The notes below the pieces were generated by a model. That model saw only the letters and a program-made list of their open reading frames with translations. It had not been told where the DNA came from and did no database searches. A DNA stretch of 54,267 nt, filler included, from Sluysia triapertura (taxonomy: Eukaryota), in assembly GCA_046118255.1 (NCBI GenBank). It is 4 parts of 4 records of this genome, joined end to end, with 100 filler letters (N's around TTAATTAATTAA, not from the genome) between each part and the next. Parts side by side here need not be neighbours in the genome. Positions count along the whole stretch, not along the records: positions 25,548 to 39,308 come from JBJNIA010021736.1; positions 39,409 to 54,267 come from JBJNIA010246651.1; 2 more parts are not named here. One strand, 5' to 3'. A program made the position numbers and the translations under genes. Shown piece by piece: positions 38,184-49,913 of this stretch (position 1 is its first letter; each line of letters starts with the position of its first letter).

Positions 38184-38830
38184 AACTTACCTACAAAATA
38201 TCTAAGGAGTTGGTCTACCCAATATATACGATTTATACCACTATTGAAGACGTACTATTAGGATTTTTATAACTTAACTTAATTAACTTTAGATAAACAC
38301 TTTGCTTATGACTATGTCTAATTACTTAGGACTCCTTAATTAATTTATGATACAACTCTTTACGAGGTGTTGTTTAATTTAAATTATATATTTTATAATT
38401 ACACAACCCGTATTAAGTTGTTGCTTTGAAATATATTAATCTTTTAAAAGATTACGCAAACCGTGTATTAAGGTGTTGCTTAACAAAACGAATTTTAAAA
38501 GTTTATTAAATTAAAAGACTCTAATACTCTTAAAGTGTATTAACGACAAAGAAAAAACTAATCAAAAAAATCTATAATAACGATAAAAGTTTAGTTAACT
38601 ACTCAACCTCGGTTGGCAGTTTCAGAAGATTTTAAAATAAGTTTCGCAGCCCGTATTAAGGACTTTCATCAAAATAAAAATTATTTTAAGTCAATTTTAC
38701 TATTCCCTTATTAAGGTGAATAGATAAACCCTAACAATAAAAAACTTTATAAAAATTTGATCTAAAAACTTGTGATTTTATGTTAAAAAGCTTACCTATT
38801 TTATAAAATTGATTAACTCCATGTGTCTTC
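38184..38830 (-). ncRNA. Unclassified structured repeat family, copy D
   Basis: The reverse complement carries five CAAC..GTTG-type hairpins (38353-38665) and the terminal module 38184-38268. Confidence 0.65.
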
Positions 38831-38880
38831 TATTTATTAAATTGATTCATTTAAAGAAAAATAAAGAAATAATTTAATTT

Positions 38881-39308
38881 TTGATTTTATATGTAGGTTT
38901 TCAAAGTTGTAAATCTTATCACTCCCAAGCTTCTGGTCTCACTGCCCATAATTGTAGACATAAATTAAATGATCCAACACGTTTTTACTGTTCTAAAAAC
39001 CATAGAGGAAAAACTTGTCCGAATAAAGAAAACGAACAGTTATACAGGTGTGTAAAATGTCATAATGACTTTAATCATCCAGCTAATTCATATAAATCTC
39101 CAAAATATATGGAAATTTTAAAAGATAGGAAAAATTATGAATTTCAATCAAAAAACTAAGATTGTATAAAAAGTCTGAAAAAAATACAAAAAAGGATTCT
39201 ATTAAATTTGGTATTCAAAATGTTTGGTCTATTCAAAATAAAGCTATGGAAATTACTGAGATCATTTATGAAAATAACATTGATATATTTTGTTTAATAG
39301 AAACTTGG
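38881..39308 (+). mobile_element. LINE fragment: ORF1 zinc-knuckle end plus ORF2 APE endonuclease start, running into a gap
   Basis: 'CSKNHRGKTC...RCVKC...HPANSYKSPKY' followed by 'IKFGIQNVWSIQNK...IIYENNIDIFCLIETW'. Confidence 0.85.
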
Positions 39309-40972
39309 NNNNNNNNNNNNNNNNNNNNNNNNNNNNNNNNNNNNNNNNNNNNTTAATTAATTAANNNNNNNNNNNNNNNNNNNNNNNNNNNNNNNNNNNN
39401 NNNNNNNNGTTTATTTTACTTCTGAGTACAAGGATTTGACTACAGTCTCTTGGCATTGATGGCACATTATTGTATTATCATCTATTAGTGCTGTATTTAG
39501 TCTCGAATCAATACCTCTGTAATTGTGGGTCACAATTTCATTTAATATTGAATTTCATTCTAATTTTGCACTGGATTTACTTCTACGGTCCCCCTGTGAT
39601 ATATGAAATATACATATGGCGACGTATTCTTAGGATTTTTTGTGCAAATTTATATCTGAAGAAGATCGTATGTAATTTTTTGCTAATTGTGTTTTCTTTC
39701 TTTCACTTATTTAGCTTAAATTAATGACAAACAAAAACCTTATTTTACAAACTTATTATAACTTCTACTCGTTAACTTTTAGGTTATTCAACGAAAACTG
39801 CCAAAGTATATTCTTATTGCACGGTCAAACATAAACTTTTTACTATAAACGTTTTAATATAACTTTTTATATTTTAAAAAGAGTTTATCTCTAGCTTAAA
39901 TTAGAGTTGAAACATGGAACAATCTAACAATTTTAAATTTCTTAGTCACATGTTTAATAAGATCAACTTATGTCATTACACTGTGCTTGTGTTAAATTCT
40001 ATTAAAATATGTATCATCTAAAAAAATTACCCCAGTAAATGAATTGCATTTTTATAAATTTAATAAAGACATGTAAATGATATTTCATGAAAATTAGAAA
40101 ATTTATTTTTTACACTTATTACAAATAATATAGTGTATATTGTACATCGTACAGTAATGACCTTTAGTCTTGGTATTTTTAATCGCTTCAATAAGAAAAT
40201 ATCTTAATCTTGTCTGGTCATGTTTTCAATATCATTTGCAGTATTGCAAAATGTTAAAAATAGATGTTCGACTTTATACCCGCTGCGTCCAGCAGTTTAA
40301 GTCCTTCGACGAACTGAGTAGTTTTGCATAGTTGATCAAAATATAGTATTGCATAGCGTCTGCTTTTTTAGTTTCTGGACAGACGATTGGGTATAAAACT
40401 AATTTTTATCAAGGAAGATAGATGGGTTAATGGGACGATTAATATTTTTTCTCGAAGTACCAACCATAGTCATATTACATTTCGAGAGCGTTTTTGATGT
40501 AGTTGTGCTGATGTTCCATGGATTGGTTTCGATAAATTCCCAAAAATCAGATAATCTGAATTTGAAGTATTAATTTAATTTCATATTTTTCCAGTTAGTT
40601 GGGAATAGCCATTGTAAACTTACATTTGTCCCGGAATTTTAATTCACAAAACTGTGTTGAATTTATTTATCGATTTTATTTTGATATATTAATTTTTTTG
40701 TTCACCAATCCAAATTGTGCTTTAATAAATAGTAATCAAACTAAAAATAGATATTTTGATCGAAAGACAAACTCGGTAATATTGTCAAATATAAGTAAAT
40801 AATGGTGAATTTCACATTTTCTACCTTGTCATATCCATTGTGTTTGTAATGCTTTTGTAATACGTTTTTATTTTTGTCAGAATTTTTGAAGTAATATATA
40901 ATGGATAAACATACGAAAGACAGACTTACGTTTTACTGTAATTGATATTCGAACATTATTTTCTGAATTTAG

Positions 40973-43217
40973 CATTTTCTGCTCATTTTGCAAGGTAGGG
41001 TCGAATAATGATTAATAACCATTAATTTAGAAAACAATAAATGTGTCAAATGTCCACCAAATTGTGATCGGTGTATAAATTCTCAGTACTGTGTTCAGTG
41101 TTCGTCTAATTATTTGTTAACTTTGGATTATCAGTGTCGCTCCCAGTGTAGTATCGGTACATATCGTGGTAGAAGAAATCGATGTTACTTATGCCCCAAA
41201 GAATGTTTGGCTTGCAATTCACCAAATGAATGCACTTCGTGTTTCCAAGGCTACTACTTATTGTTGCTGAAACCGTTCTTTGAAAATGAGAAAAGTAGAA
41301 ACACTGTCAGTGTTTCGAATAATCAAGAATCGAATATTAAAGGAATATGTATTAAAAATTGTCCTTTCAGTTACTTCAAAAACACTTCATTGGCGTACTG
41401 TTATCAGTAAGTTTCCAATTTGAATAAGTAGTATAATTAATATAAAAAGAACATATGAAAATAAAAATTGATCTAAATAACAACGATGTTATTTGAATAG
41501 TAAATTAAAATTAATTTTGATTGATATTTTCTTTTTAAGTAATCATTTTTGAATTATTCAGTAAATAATGCAGAAGCGTTATAAATTTAAATAATGCTTT
41601 ATAAAGCTTTAAATAAAAAACTCAAACCAAGAAAGAACTGACTTCCAACAAAACAATATAAATACGCGAATGTAAAGGAATTAGAAAGATCCTTCTGGAA
41701 GATTAAAATAAAAAATTTGTAAAGATAGAAAATCCGTAACTAAAGTTATGACGAATTAAATATTTCAAAGACTGAATAAGTATGGTAATTTTAAAAACAT
41801 GTTTTGTGCAGTCCTGACTGTATTCCATTGGACTGTCCTCTTTAGATGATTTTAAAATGACTTGTGTGGTCAATATGTGCAACTGAAAGGCATCGTACCA
41901 TATATTCTTGGGAGTTAACTTAAAATCTTTCTTTAAACCGGAATTTTTGTGTCTAGAACGCCGCTGGAGAAAATGTGTCGAGTATGATGGTAATTACGTT
42001 AGATTTAGTAAGAAAAGAATTGCTGACAAATGTGAACTCCTTGAATTATAATGTTTATGAAGTTGATATCAAAAGTAAATACATAAATAGTTTATATTAT
42101 TCATCTTTTCAGGTAAGCCTTACAATGACAATGAAAGGTTACATTTTGATATGGTTTGGAGTTTTTATTTGTGATATATTTTCCATTTTTTTGTCTCTCC
42201 CAATTTTGAACAAATGTAACAACTCTTTTTTAAGATTACGCAATTTGATCAATTAAAACAAAAGAGGTCACTATTCACAAAAATCAAGCGAGAAATCTGC
42301 ATTCGAACTGTTGCAGTATTTCCCTTATTTCCTATTGCGTAAACCATGTTTCTATGGAAACAACATATTTCAATTTGTTCACTTTTAAATGGTGATATAC
42401 AGAGCTGTAACTAGGCGGGAGCAACATGTGCACCGACGCAGGGCCGACAAATGAATACATGTGCTCTCGCCAAAAATTTCTCCCATGAAGAACAGTGCAT
42501 TTTATGACGTCATGTATCTTTTGTACTTTGATTACTTTACATTTTGTTGTACGTTGTTTGTTTTTTAATTTATATATACTTTTGAACATGCATGAATTTA
42601 ATATCTTGCACAGAGCCCGTCAGAGGCTAGTTACGGTGATGTATGTAGTGAAACAGTCGAGCAAACATAACCCAACATTACAATAATTACACACTTATCT
42701 AGTCTTCTTTTTGTACTTTTTACTTCCACTCCATACAATACAAACTTTTTGAGGGTTTTCAGTAAGGCCAGATACAAAAATGAATGATTGAAAATGATCT
42801 CCAGAAGGTGGTCTTTTATTGAGGATATAAATACCTCTGAAGAATTCCTATCAGCTTTAAAAAATACTAGATAGGTATCCTGTCCTCAAATGGATTATAT
42901 ATAATATAATATAACCAATTCATAATAAAATACGAACTACTCTCGCGCGAATAAACCAGGTATCCACTCCTTTCGAGGTGTAGGTCGAGGTGGTTCGGCG
43001 TGCACATTTATATCTACTAAATAATTATTACTAACAAAAATAATAGTCTTACTAATAATAATAATAATAAACATATTTATTCAGATGTCATCCCAGTTGC
43101 AAAAAATGTTCAGGCTATTTATCAGACAACTGCTTGGAATGCAGAGAGCCTTATGTGAAATCTAAAATTAGTAATACATGCGTTGATCCTGTTACATTTA
43201 CTTGTGAACCAGGTTGA
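40973..43217 (+). CDS. Furin-like cysteine-rich repeat protein (PCSK5/furin2-like Cys-rich region), partial; exons 40973-40994, 41031-41406, 43085-43212/43217
   Basis: Repeated CxxCxxxCxxC units: 'KCVKCPPNCDRC...CYLCPKECLAC...CTSCFQGYYL...CIKNCPFSYF...CYQ|CHPSCKKCSG...NCLEC'. Introns are phase-compatible GT-AG. Confidence 0.85.
41750..42398 (-). mobile_element. Decayed LINE APE endonuclease fragment in an intron
   Basis: 'LKYVVSIETWF' motif followed by stop-riddled coding-like sequence. Confidence 0.4.
42399..42641. mobile_element. hAT-like MITE
   Basis: Imperfect TIRs CAGAGCTGTAACTAG / revcomp CATCACCGTAACTAG with GC-rich subterminal regions. A similar end occurs at about 5015. Confidence 0.55.
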
Positions 43218-43261
43218 GTTTTTAAATTCTTTTTCGACATAATTATTTTTATCGCTTAAGA

Positions 43262-43810
43262 CAAAGGTGCGCAAGCTAGGAAGCGAGCCCGGATATGGGC
43301 GCTAAAATTTTTAAAATTGTTGGATTCTACAAACAAAGTTTTGTTTTTTCTTTGAATATTTTTTGTTGTTTTTTTTACCAATTCAAGTAATTCCATCATC
43401 TAATTCTATAATTTACGTTCTTGATGTAGAAGAATCATCAAGAATAAAATTTCAAAATTCTGCTATTTTTTAGCTGTTAATTAAAAATAACATTAACAGA
43501 CTGCTATCACAATCGTGAAATAGCAGCTATTAAATAACAACGACGTGTTGAAAAAAATATTAATATTGCCTTTTTGATATAAAGAATTAAAATTTAATTT
43601 TGTTAATTTTTCTTTATTTTTGCTAAAGAATTATAGCACTGTTGTTGTTCATAATATTTAATTTATTTAATTTATGAGAAACAGAAAAATATACTTTGTT
43701 ATTAAAAAGGTGTTTATTTTATTTAATAAGTTTATTTTATTTTTAAGTTGGGGGCGCCAAAAATAAGTAAGCCGAAATGGGACGCAATTTAACAAGTTTG
43801 CGCACACCTG
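43262..43810. mobile_element. hAT-like non-autonomous element
   Basis: Imperfect TIRs CAAAGGTGCGCAAGCT / revcomp CAGGTGTGCGCAAACT, with GGGCGC subterminal motifs at both ends. Confidence 0.6.
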
Positions 43811-43914
43811 TGATGTTGTTTGATATAAATAACGAGTTTAATTTTTATTTTTTTGAAAACATAATTATAGAAATAATACTTAAACATTGGTAAATAATTA
43901 TTGATTATTCAAAC

Positions 43915-46261
43915 CTCAGTTTTAATCCCAGTCAGTAAAGCGTCCGTTATACTTCCAATAACGGTAATAAAGTCGAATATATTCCAATAATCCATAAAAT
44001 AATTCTAATAAATAAATGAATAAAATTAATTATTTTCACAGATTAAACTAATAAATTTAATGAAATTATTTATCCCCTGTTTCAAAACTATAGGACAGCC
44101 CCAATTTTTGTTGTATATACAAACACAATTTATATTATAACAAATCAACAATACTTTTTGATAAATAAAACACGAATAAACTAATACTTATTTATAGTTT
44201 CCAATTTTAGTACACTTTTTATTACTATATTGCATTTAGTTAAATAAATTTCGTTTCAAAAGTATAGGACACATTATACAAACTTTTTATTTAAAAGATT
44301 CTAAAACGTATTGTACAAAATTAGTATTTTATTGATGTTCCTGAGTTTTCCAATACCTCTAAACACATTTTGCTAATCAGATTAATCAATGTATTTACAC
44401 TTTTTATTTCAATATTTTCCCAATTATCCAATATTGCATTTTTAACTCAGATATATTGTTATACTGTTTTCCTTGATTGATAATTGAGACCATAAATTTT
44501 CTATTGTTTTCATCTTTCTGATCACTCTAACACTTTTAATCCATATTGATTTAACTAATTAAGTCTTGCTTAGATCGGTGACAAGTAGCGTTATCCTTCT
44601 GAAAGATGACAGAAAGTTTGACATGCGGAACTACTACTTCTTTTATCAAATCATAATACTTATCTCCATTAAGAGTTGATGGAACCACACGTAAAGCTAG
44701 CTTTTTATCACAAATTATGATTACCCATACCATAACAAATTCTCTTAGAAAATATTTCTTTTGAATCCTTTTATAATTTCCAATAGTATTTTAAACCATC
44801 AGGATCATCCAAATATTCTCATCTGAGAACATTATCGTGGTCCAGTCAGTATGATTATTAATATAATATTCTGATTCTTTCGAACTCACAAAAATATTTT
44901 AAAATAGGACTTGAAAAGATTATTTTATGAGTTTCTTTGAAAAGAATGACAACCATTTTAAATTCTATTTCAATCTAATTCACTTATATTTTTTGGCCTA
45001 TTTAAAATAGCTTTTGAAACGGGCACTGACGATTAATAAACAAATTATATAATAAATGTATATAGATTATCAACTCAATATTAGAGTTCTAAGAAACTTT
45101 AATTAAAATTAATTTTAATGAATTTTAACGACCTGTTGAAAAATAGTCGGTGAAAGTGAAAAGTAAAATAATTTAAGTGATATTTTATATATCGTGTGTA
45201 AGGTTACAAAAACTTATAAATAAAAATATATCTGGCAATAAATAAATGATCAGATTCGTTTATAACAATAAACGAATAACTGGGTTAATTTATGATAGAA
45301 AATGATCTCAATATTGCTCCAAAATTATCAAAATAAATAGTTCGATTGAATAAATTTATAATATTCAAATAATACTTTTGCCAAAATTGTTAATTTTTGA
45401 TCGGGATTTTCGTAATAATAATTTTATTATTAATTATTACTATTACCATATCATTGTTATTTTGTGCATTATTATTGCAAGATTTTTATGATAAATTAAA
45501 CTTAAACTTACAAATTATCTAGAGGCTTTAGTCCACTTAATAAGCACGGTTTATGTCCATTAAGATGAGGTCATATTAGTGTTTTTTGTAGAATGTCAGA
45601 AAACAATCAAAGAAAACTCAACCTTGTAAATTATCGAGCAATCAATACGTACTTAATAAAATTTGTAATTTAAACTAGCCGTTATAGTTTAATTGATTTT
45701 AAAGAGTTACAAATTGAGCTAGGCTTCTTAGGGTCAGAAGTTTATATGAATGATTAAATAAGAATTAAATAAATGCAAATTCCTAAAACCTATTAGTAAA
45801 AGTCAAAATGACAATTAAATCTAATATACATAACTAAATTAATTAATTATGCTTAAGAGATATAATCCCTTAGTGTTTAAGATTTTAAAATTGATTTTGA
45901 CCTAGCCTTTATGGTCTAGAGTACATAAAAATAAATCTAAGTCGTATTTTAGAATTCAACTTTTTAAGTTAGAATTAAAATAATCTTACTTTGATCATAA
46001 ATCGCCAAAAATCCACTGATGATTAATTTTTATTTGTGTAATGGCGTCCGAATTTCATTATGTATTTATTATTGGTTATTTTTCTTTTTTGTATTAATTG
46101 GTTGATTTAAACAAAAATTATTTTATTTTAAAATTTTACATTTATTTGTTAGTTTTACTTTTAATTAATTATTTATTTTTATTATTAAATTTTAATATAA
46201 TACAAATATAATTTTATCAATACACAATTATAATTAAAATTGTAACACAATTAATACTTAA

Positions 46262-46306
<45 letters not shown>

Positions 46307-49300
46307 CATTAGATATTTATTTTAAAAATATTTATAGGCAATACTATATCAAACCTTAGGATTTAAACCTATCATTTTCAAAATACATTCCAATGTAAAC
46401 AATGTAATAAATCCATAATTCAAATATTGAAGAGCTTCGTGATAATTGCTGTACGATAACGATTTCTCAAGCTGTAATTTAATATATTCTTCATTGTCTA
46501 ATTTTGATGGATCTAATTCTTTTGAATAATACTAAAACAATATTAGGAAAATTAAATTTAATAACAATTTAACTATTTATGTTAGTAAGTAAAATATTTA
46601 AAACTGAAAATTGGATTATAAATTATAAAAATCGCACTTACTCGAAGCATCAAAACAATTGTGTTTAATGAAATCATTATTAAAATAAATATTTCAAATG
46701 GTGTAGATACAACCAAACACCATATACGATATTGAAGTGAAGGTTTATTTGATGGTACGAAGCGTATTCTTGGTTGTGCTTGAACAGCAAAATCTATACA
46801 TAGTTTTTGATTTTTATCTATACCTTGATCACGAAATGATTTTTGACCTTCTTCTTGAAATGTGATAATAATCAAAGCTACGAATATATTGACAAAAAAG
46901 AATGGGAATATAATGAAAAATATTATATAAAACACTGCCATTTCACTTCGGTAATTATATATTGGTCCTTTGTTGATCATGGTAGCATCCATAGAGTGGC
47001 GAAGAACACTTTAATAATAATAATAATTATAATAATAATGATAATAATGTCAAGTTGTCATCACAAACATATAAAATCTTATTTTTCAAAAAAGAAAATT
47101 GGCTTCTAAAAATACAGTAGAAGCTTCTAGAATATTCTAGAACATTCAATCGAATCTCATTGGCTGATGACTAGTACATAAACTAGCATCAATTAAATGA
47201 GAATCGCCATTTTGAAGCTAGTCGCCATTTGCAATTTTTGTTTGGTAAAATTTTGCGGCGATATTTTTGGAGCAATTGTTAAACTCAAATTTTGGGAAAT
47301 ATCCGCACAGTCACAACTATTTAATTTAATTTCATTTGTTGGAAATTGATGTAATTTTAGAATTTGAGATTATGAAATCAATGTAATTTTTTAAGTGCCG
47401 ATACATTTAGGAGTTAATACACACTCAAATTGTTAATACACGCTCTCGGAGCTTTAATCCTTTTTACTGTCTTCTGTTTTTTATTATTACTCCAAGATCT
47501 TTTGGTATTTCGTGAATAAAGTTGATATTGTATAGGATATAGAATGATGTTATTAAAATTTCATCATTTGAGCATTTGTTAAAGACCCTAAACAACAGAA
47601 CATTTATTTTCAGATAAAATATTAGCTTATTTAGTTACAGGAACGCCCTCTCTGCTCAAAAATATTTTGTACTAGGTGAAGTATTAGCAAAAAACCACCA
47701 TAATAATGATGATAATAATAGTAACATATATTAATTTATACATTACCAATATCTACTACAAAATAAATACTTAAAAGAAATGTATTAAAACATTCATAAT
47801 TTTCCAGTATTTTGACACATTCTGGGAAATGTTTGTATATTTTGAAACATAACCAATTATTTATCATATCCCTAACTTCTTCTACAGATCTCGGATTTTT
47901 CTCTTACATTTATTGATAATAAACTTCAATTTCCACCCTTTTTTATATAAGTGAAGAATATTATGTCTCATTTTATTATATCTACTTTTCTTATTATAAT
48001 ATCACCACCACCATCATCATTATTATTATTATTATTTTGGAATATGAATCATATTTATACATTTATCATCTTTAATAAATGTCAAGGTTATTCGTCATTT
48101 GAATTAAGCAATTACAGTTATTGTACTTTAACATTATTTGTAGGATATATTTGAGCTAAGTATGAAATATAATATGATCATTTTAATACAGCAAGTTCTG
48201 TGAAATTGAACATGAGTAATCAACCAAAGTTATTATATCGTTCTGGTATGGTTAGTATATACTTGTCATTATTATCGATTACTGTATAAAACCAAAACTA
48301 AAACTTAAATTATTTATCTTAACGAATTATTATTTTTTGAATAATTTTTTATTATTAAAAAATCGATAATTTTGAATTATTATTTTATTCATTTACAGTT
48401 TGTAGTTTATAACATATTATTACTAACGACTGATTTAATACTAACTTCAGTTTTGCATTTTCAAGTGTAATTAGTATAAAGTAATTTTTAATTATAATAA
48501 TCATAATGAATATTAAAATAATAATTAATTTCGAATCAGTGTTTAATTCAGTATTGTGTTTGAAGTTTAAAATTTGTACGAAATTTATAATTAGCTGTTG
48601 GAAATCAGAAAATTATAAAATATTTAAATTATTACATTGTTAAAATAGTATTAATTATAATTGAAGTTTCTTTTGAAATAATTACAATTTCAGAACCATA
48701 AAATAAATAAGACCAAAATAAACATCACTTAGTGAAGCAATTCTCAAATAAGATTGGAATATCACAAGGATCCAATTACAATGAAGTTAATATTAATCAA
48801 TTATTAACATCGTTAGTACTTATTACTTTTATTATGATATCAAAAAATTAAATACCCAATGCAACAAATGCATCTTTTGTAATAAATTTTCTAATGTTTG
48901 ATATTTTCTTTAGTATTCAAAATACTAATATCAATAATTCTTAATAAAGTTTTGAAACAAAAATCGAACAAAGTACATTTAATAATTAATTTAGTTATTT
49001 TGACACATTGAACCATTCTTGAGCACTACCGTAACTGAAACTGATAGTGTAATCAGGAATAATATTGGCGATTTTTCGCTTTAGTTGTTAATCAGTTCAG
49101 GAAGTTGTACATAGGAGAATACTAATGATGTAAATTATTAATTATACATTAAAATGTAAATTTTATCTACTTATTATATTAATCAAATAAAATTTATCAA
49201 AATTAACAAACTCAAGCCATCCTTCAGTAGTAGTGACTGTGAACAAAGTGACAAAACTGTATAAAATATTATCAAAATGAAAACAAAAACGCATCCAATT

Positions 49301-49355
49301 TCTTTTGATAACTTTCGGTGAATCGATACCATCAGAATAATCGATAAATTCACCT
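43915..49355 (-). CDS. Voltage-gated calcium channel alpha-1 subunit (Cav2-like), domain III pore to IVS3; exons 49212-49355, 46642-47008, 46355-46531, about 43915-44004
   Basis: '[24 protein letters not shown]|VLRHSMDAT...[41 protein letters not shown]...[11 protein letters not shown]...[10 protein letters not shown]...LNTIVLMLR|YY...[10 protein letters not shown]|[21 protein letters not shown]'. [19 protein letters not shown] is Cav2-type. Confidence 0.93.
44074..45028 (-). mobile_element. Degenerate Tc1-like transposon in a Cav intron
   Basis: '[10 protein letters not shown]', 'DDPDG', 'MVW...[10 protein letters not shown]...[13 protein letters not shown]'. Ends share the C(C/T)GTTTCAAAA..TAT motif. 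Confidence 0.85.
45499..46030 (-). ncRNA. Divergent member (copy E) of the structured repeat family, in a Cav intron
   Basis: The reverse complement begins GGACGCC...GTAAG like copy B. It ends ataaaccgtgcttattaagtggactaaagcctctagataatttgtaagtttaagtt, which aligns with the end of copy C. Confidence 0.55.
47087..47232 (+). promoter_or_regulatory. Heat-shock promoter cassette, copy 2, antisense within a Cav intron
   Basis: aGAAg cTTCt aGAAt aTTCt aGAAc aTTCa at 47119-47148; ATTGG; TACATAAA; two CGCCATTT motifs. About 105 bp are homologous to 38011-38117 reverse-complemented. Confidence 0.75.
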
Positions 49356-49445
49356 CTGGAAATTTAGTGGAAATTATATTTTGATAAACTAGTAAATATA
49401 ATGTTCAAAAAAAGTATAAATATAAGCGATAATTGTATATAATTA

Positions 49446-49913
49446 CAGTAGTGGCCAAATTATTACCCTAAATATTAGTAATTGTGGGTAAACACAGAGA
49501 AAATTGTGATATTTGTTGTGATATTTAAGTAAAGTCTGACACCTTTAATATAATTAATTATAAATTTTTGACAATAATTTGTCAGTGATACCACAGTAAG
49601 ATAAATCAATTATTGTAATCAATCTATTTCGTATTTAGTTCAAATCTTAATCATCCAATAATTTCCTGATCCTTAGTGGCATGCCACGGATGAGCTTTGG
49701 GCACAAGTCTTTGATCTCGTCATCCTGATGCCATATTTTTATCATGGTTTCAATAAGTTCCGTACTGGTGGTTGGTTTATGAGTAAGAACTTTCCTTTTG
49801 ACAATCTCACACAGATTTTTTATGGGATTCATATGACTGGAGGGTAGCAGCTTAACACCATGATCATCGAGAAACATTTTTCCTGTTTTAGTATAATAAT
49901 TTGACCACCACTG
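49446..49913 (-). mobile_element. Internally deleted Tc1-like element
   Basis: TIRs CAGTAGTGGCCAAATTATTA / revcomp CAGTGGTGGTCAAATTATTA with TA flanks. Retains the transposase C-terminus 'MNPIKNLCEIVKRKV...LIRGMPLRI'. Confidence 0.88.

Noticed and set aside
38345-38670. CRISPR-like appearance of the repeated hairpins with spacers
   Set aside because: Repeats are degenerate, spacing is irregular, there are no cas genes and the context is eukaryotic. Kept only as an RNA hairpin array.
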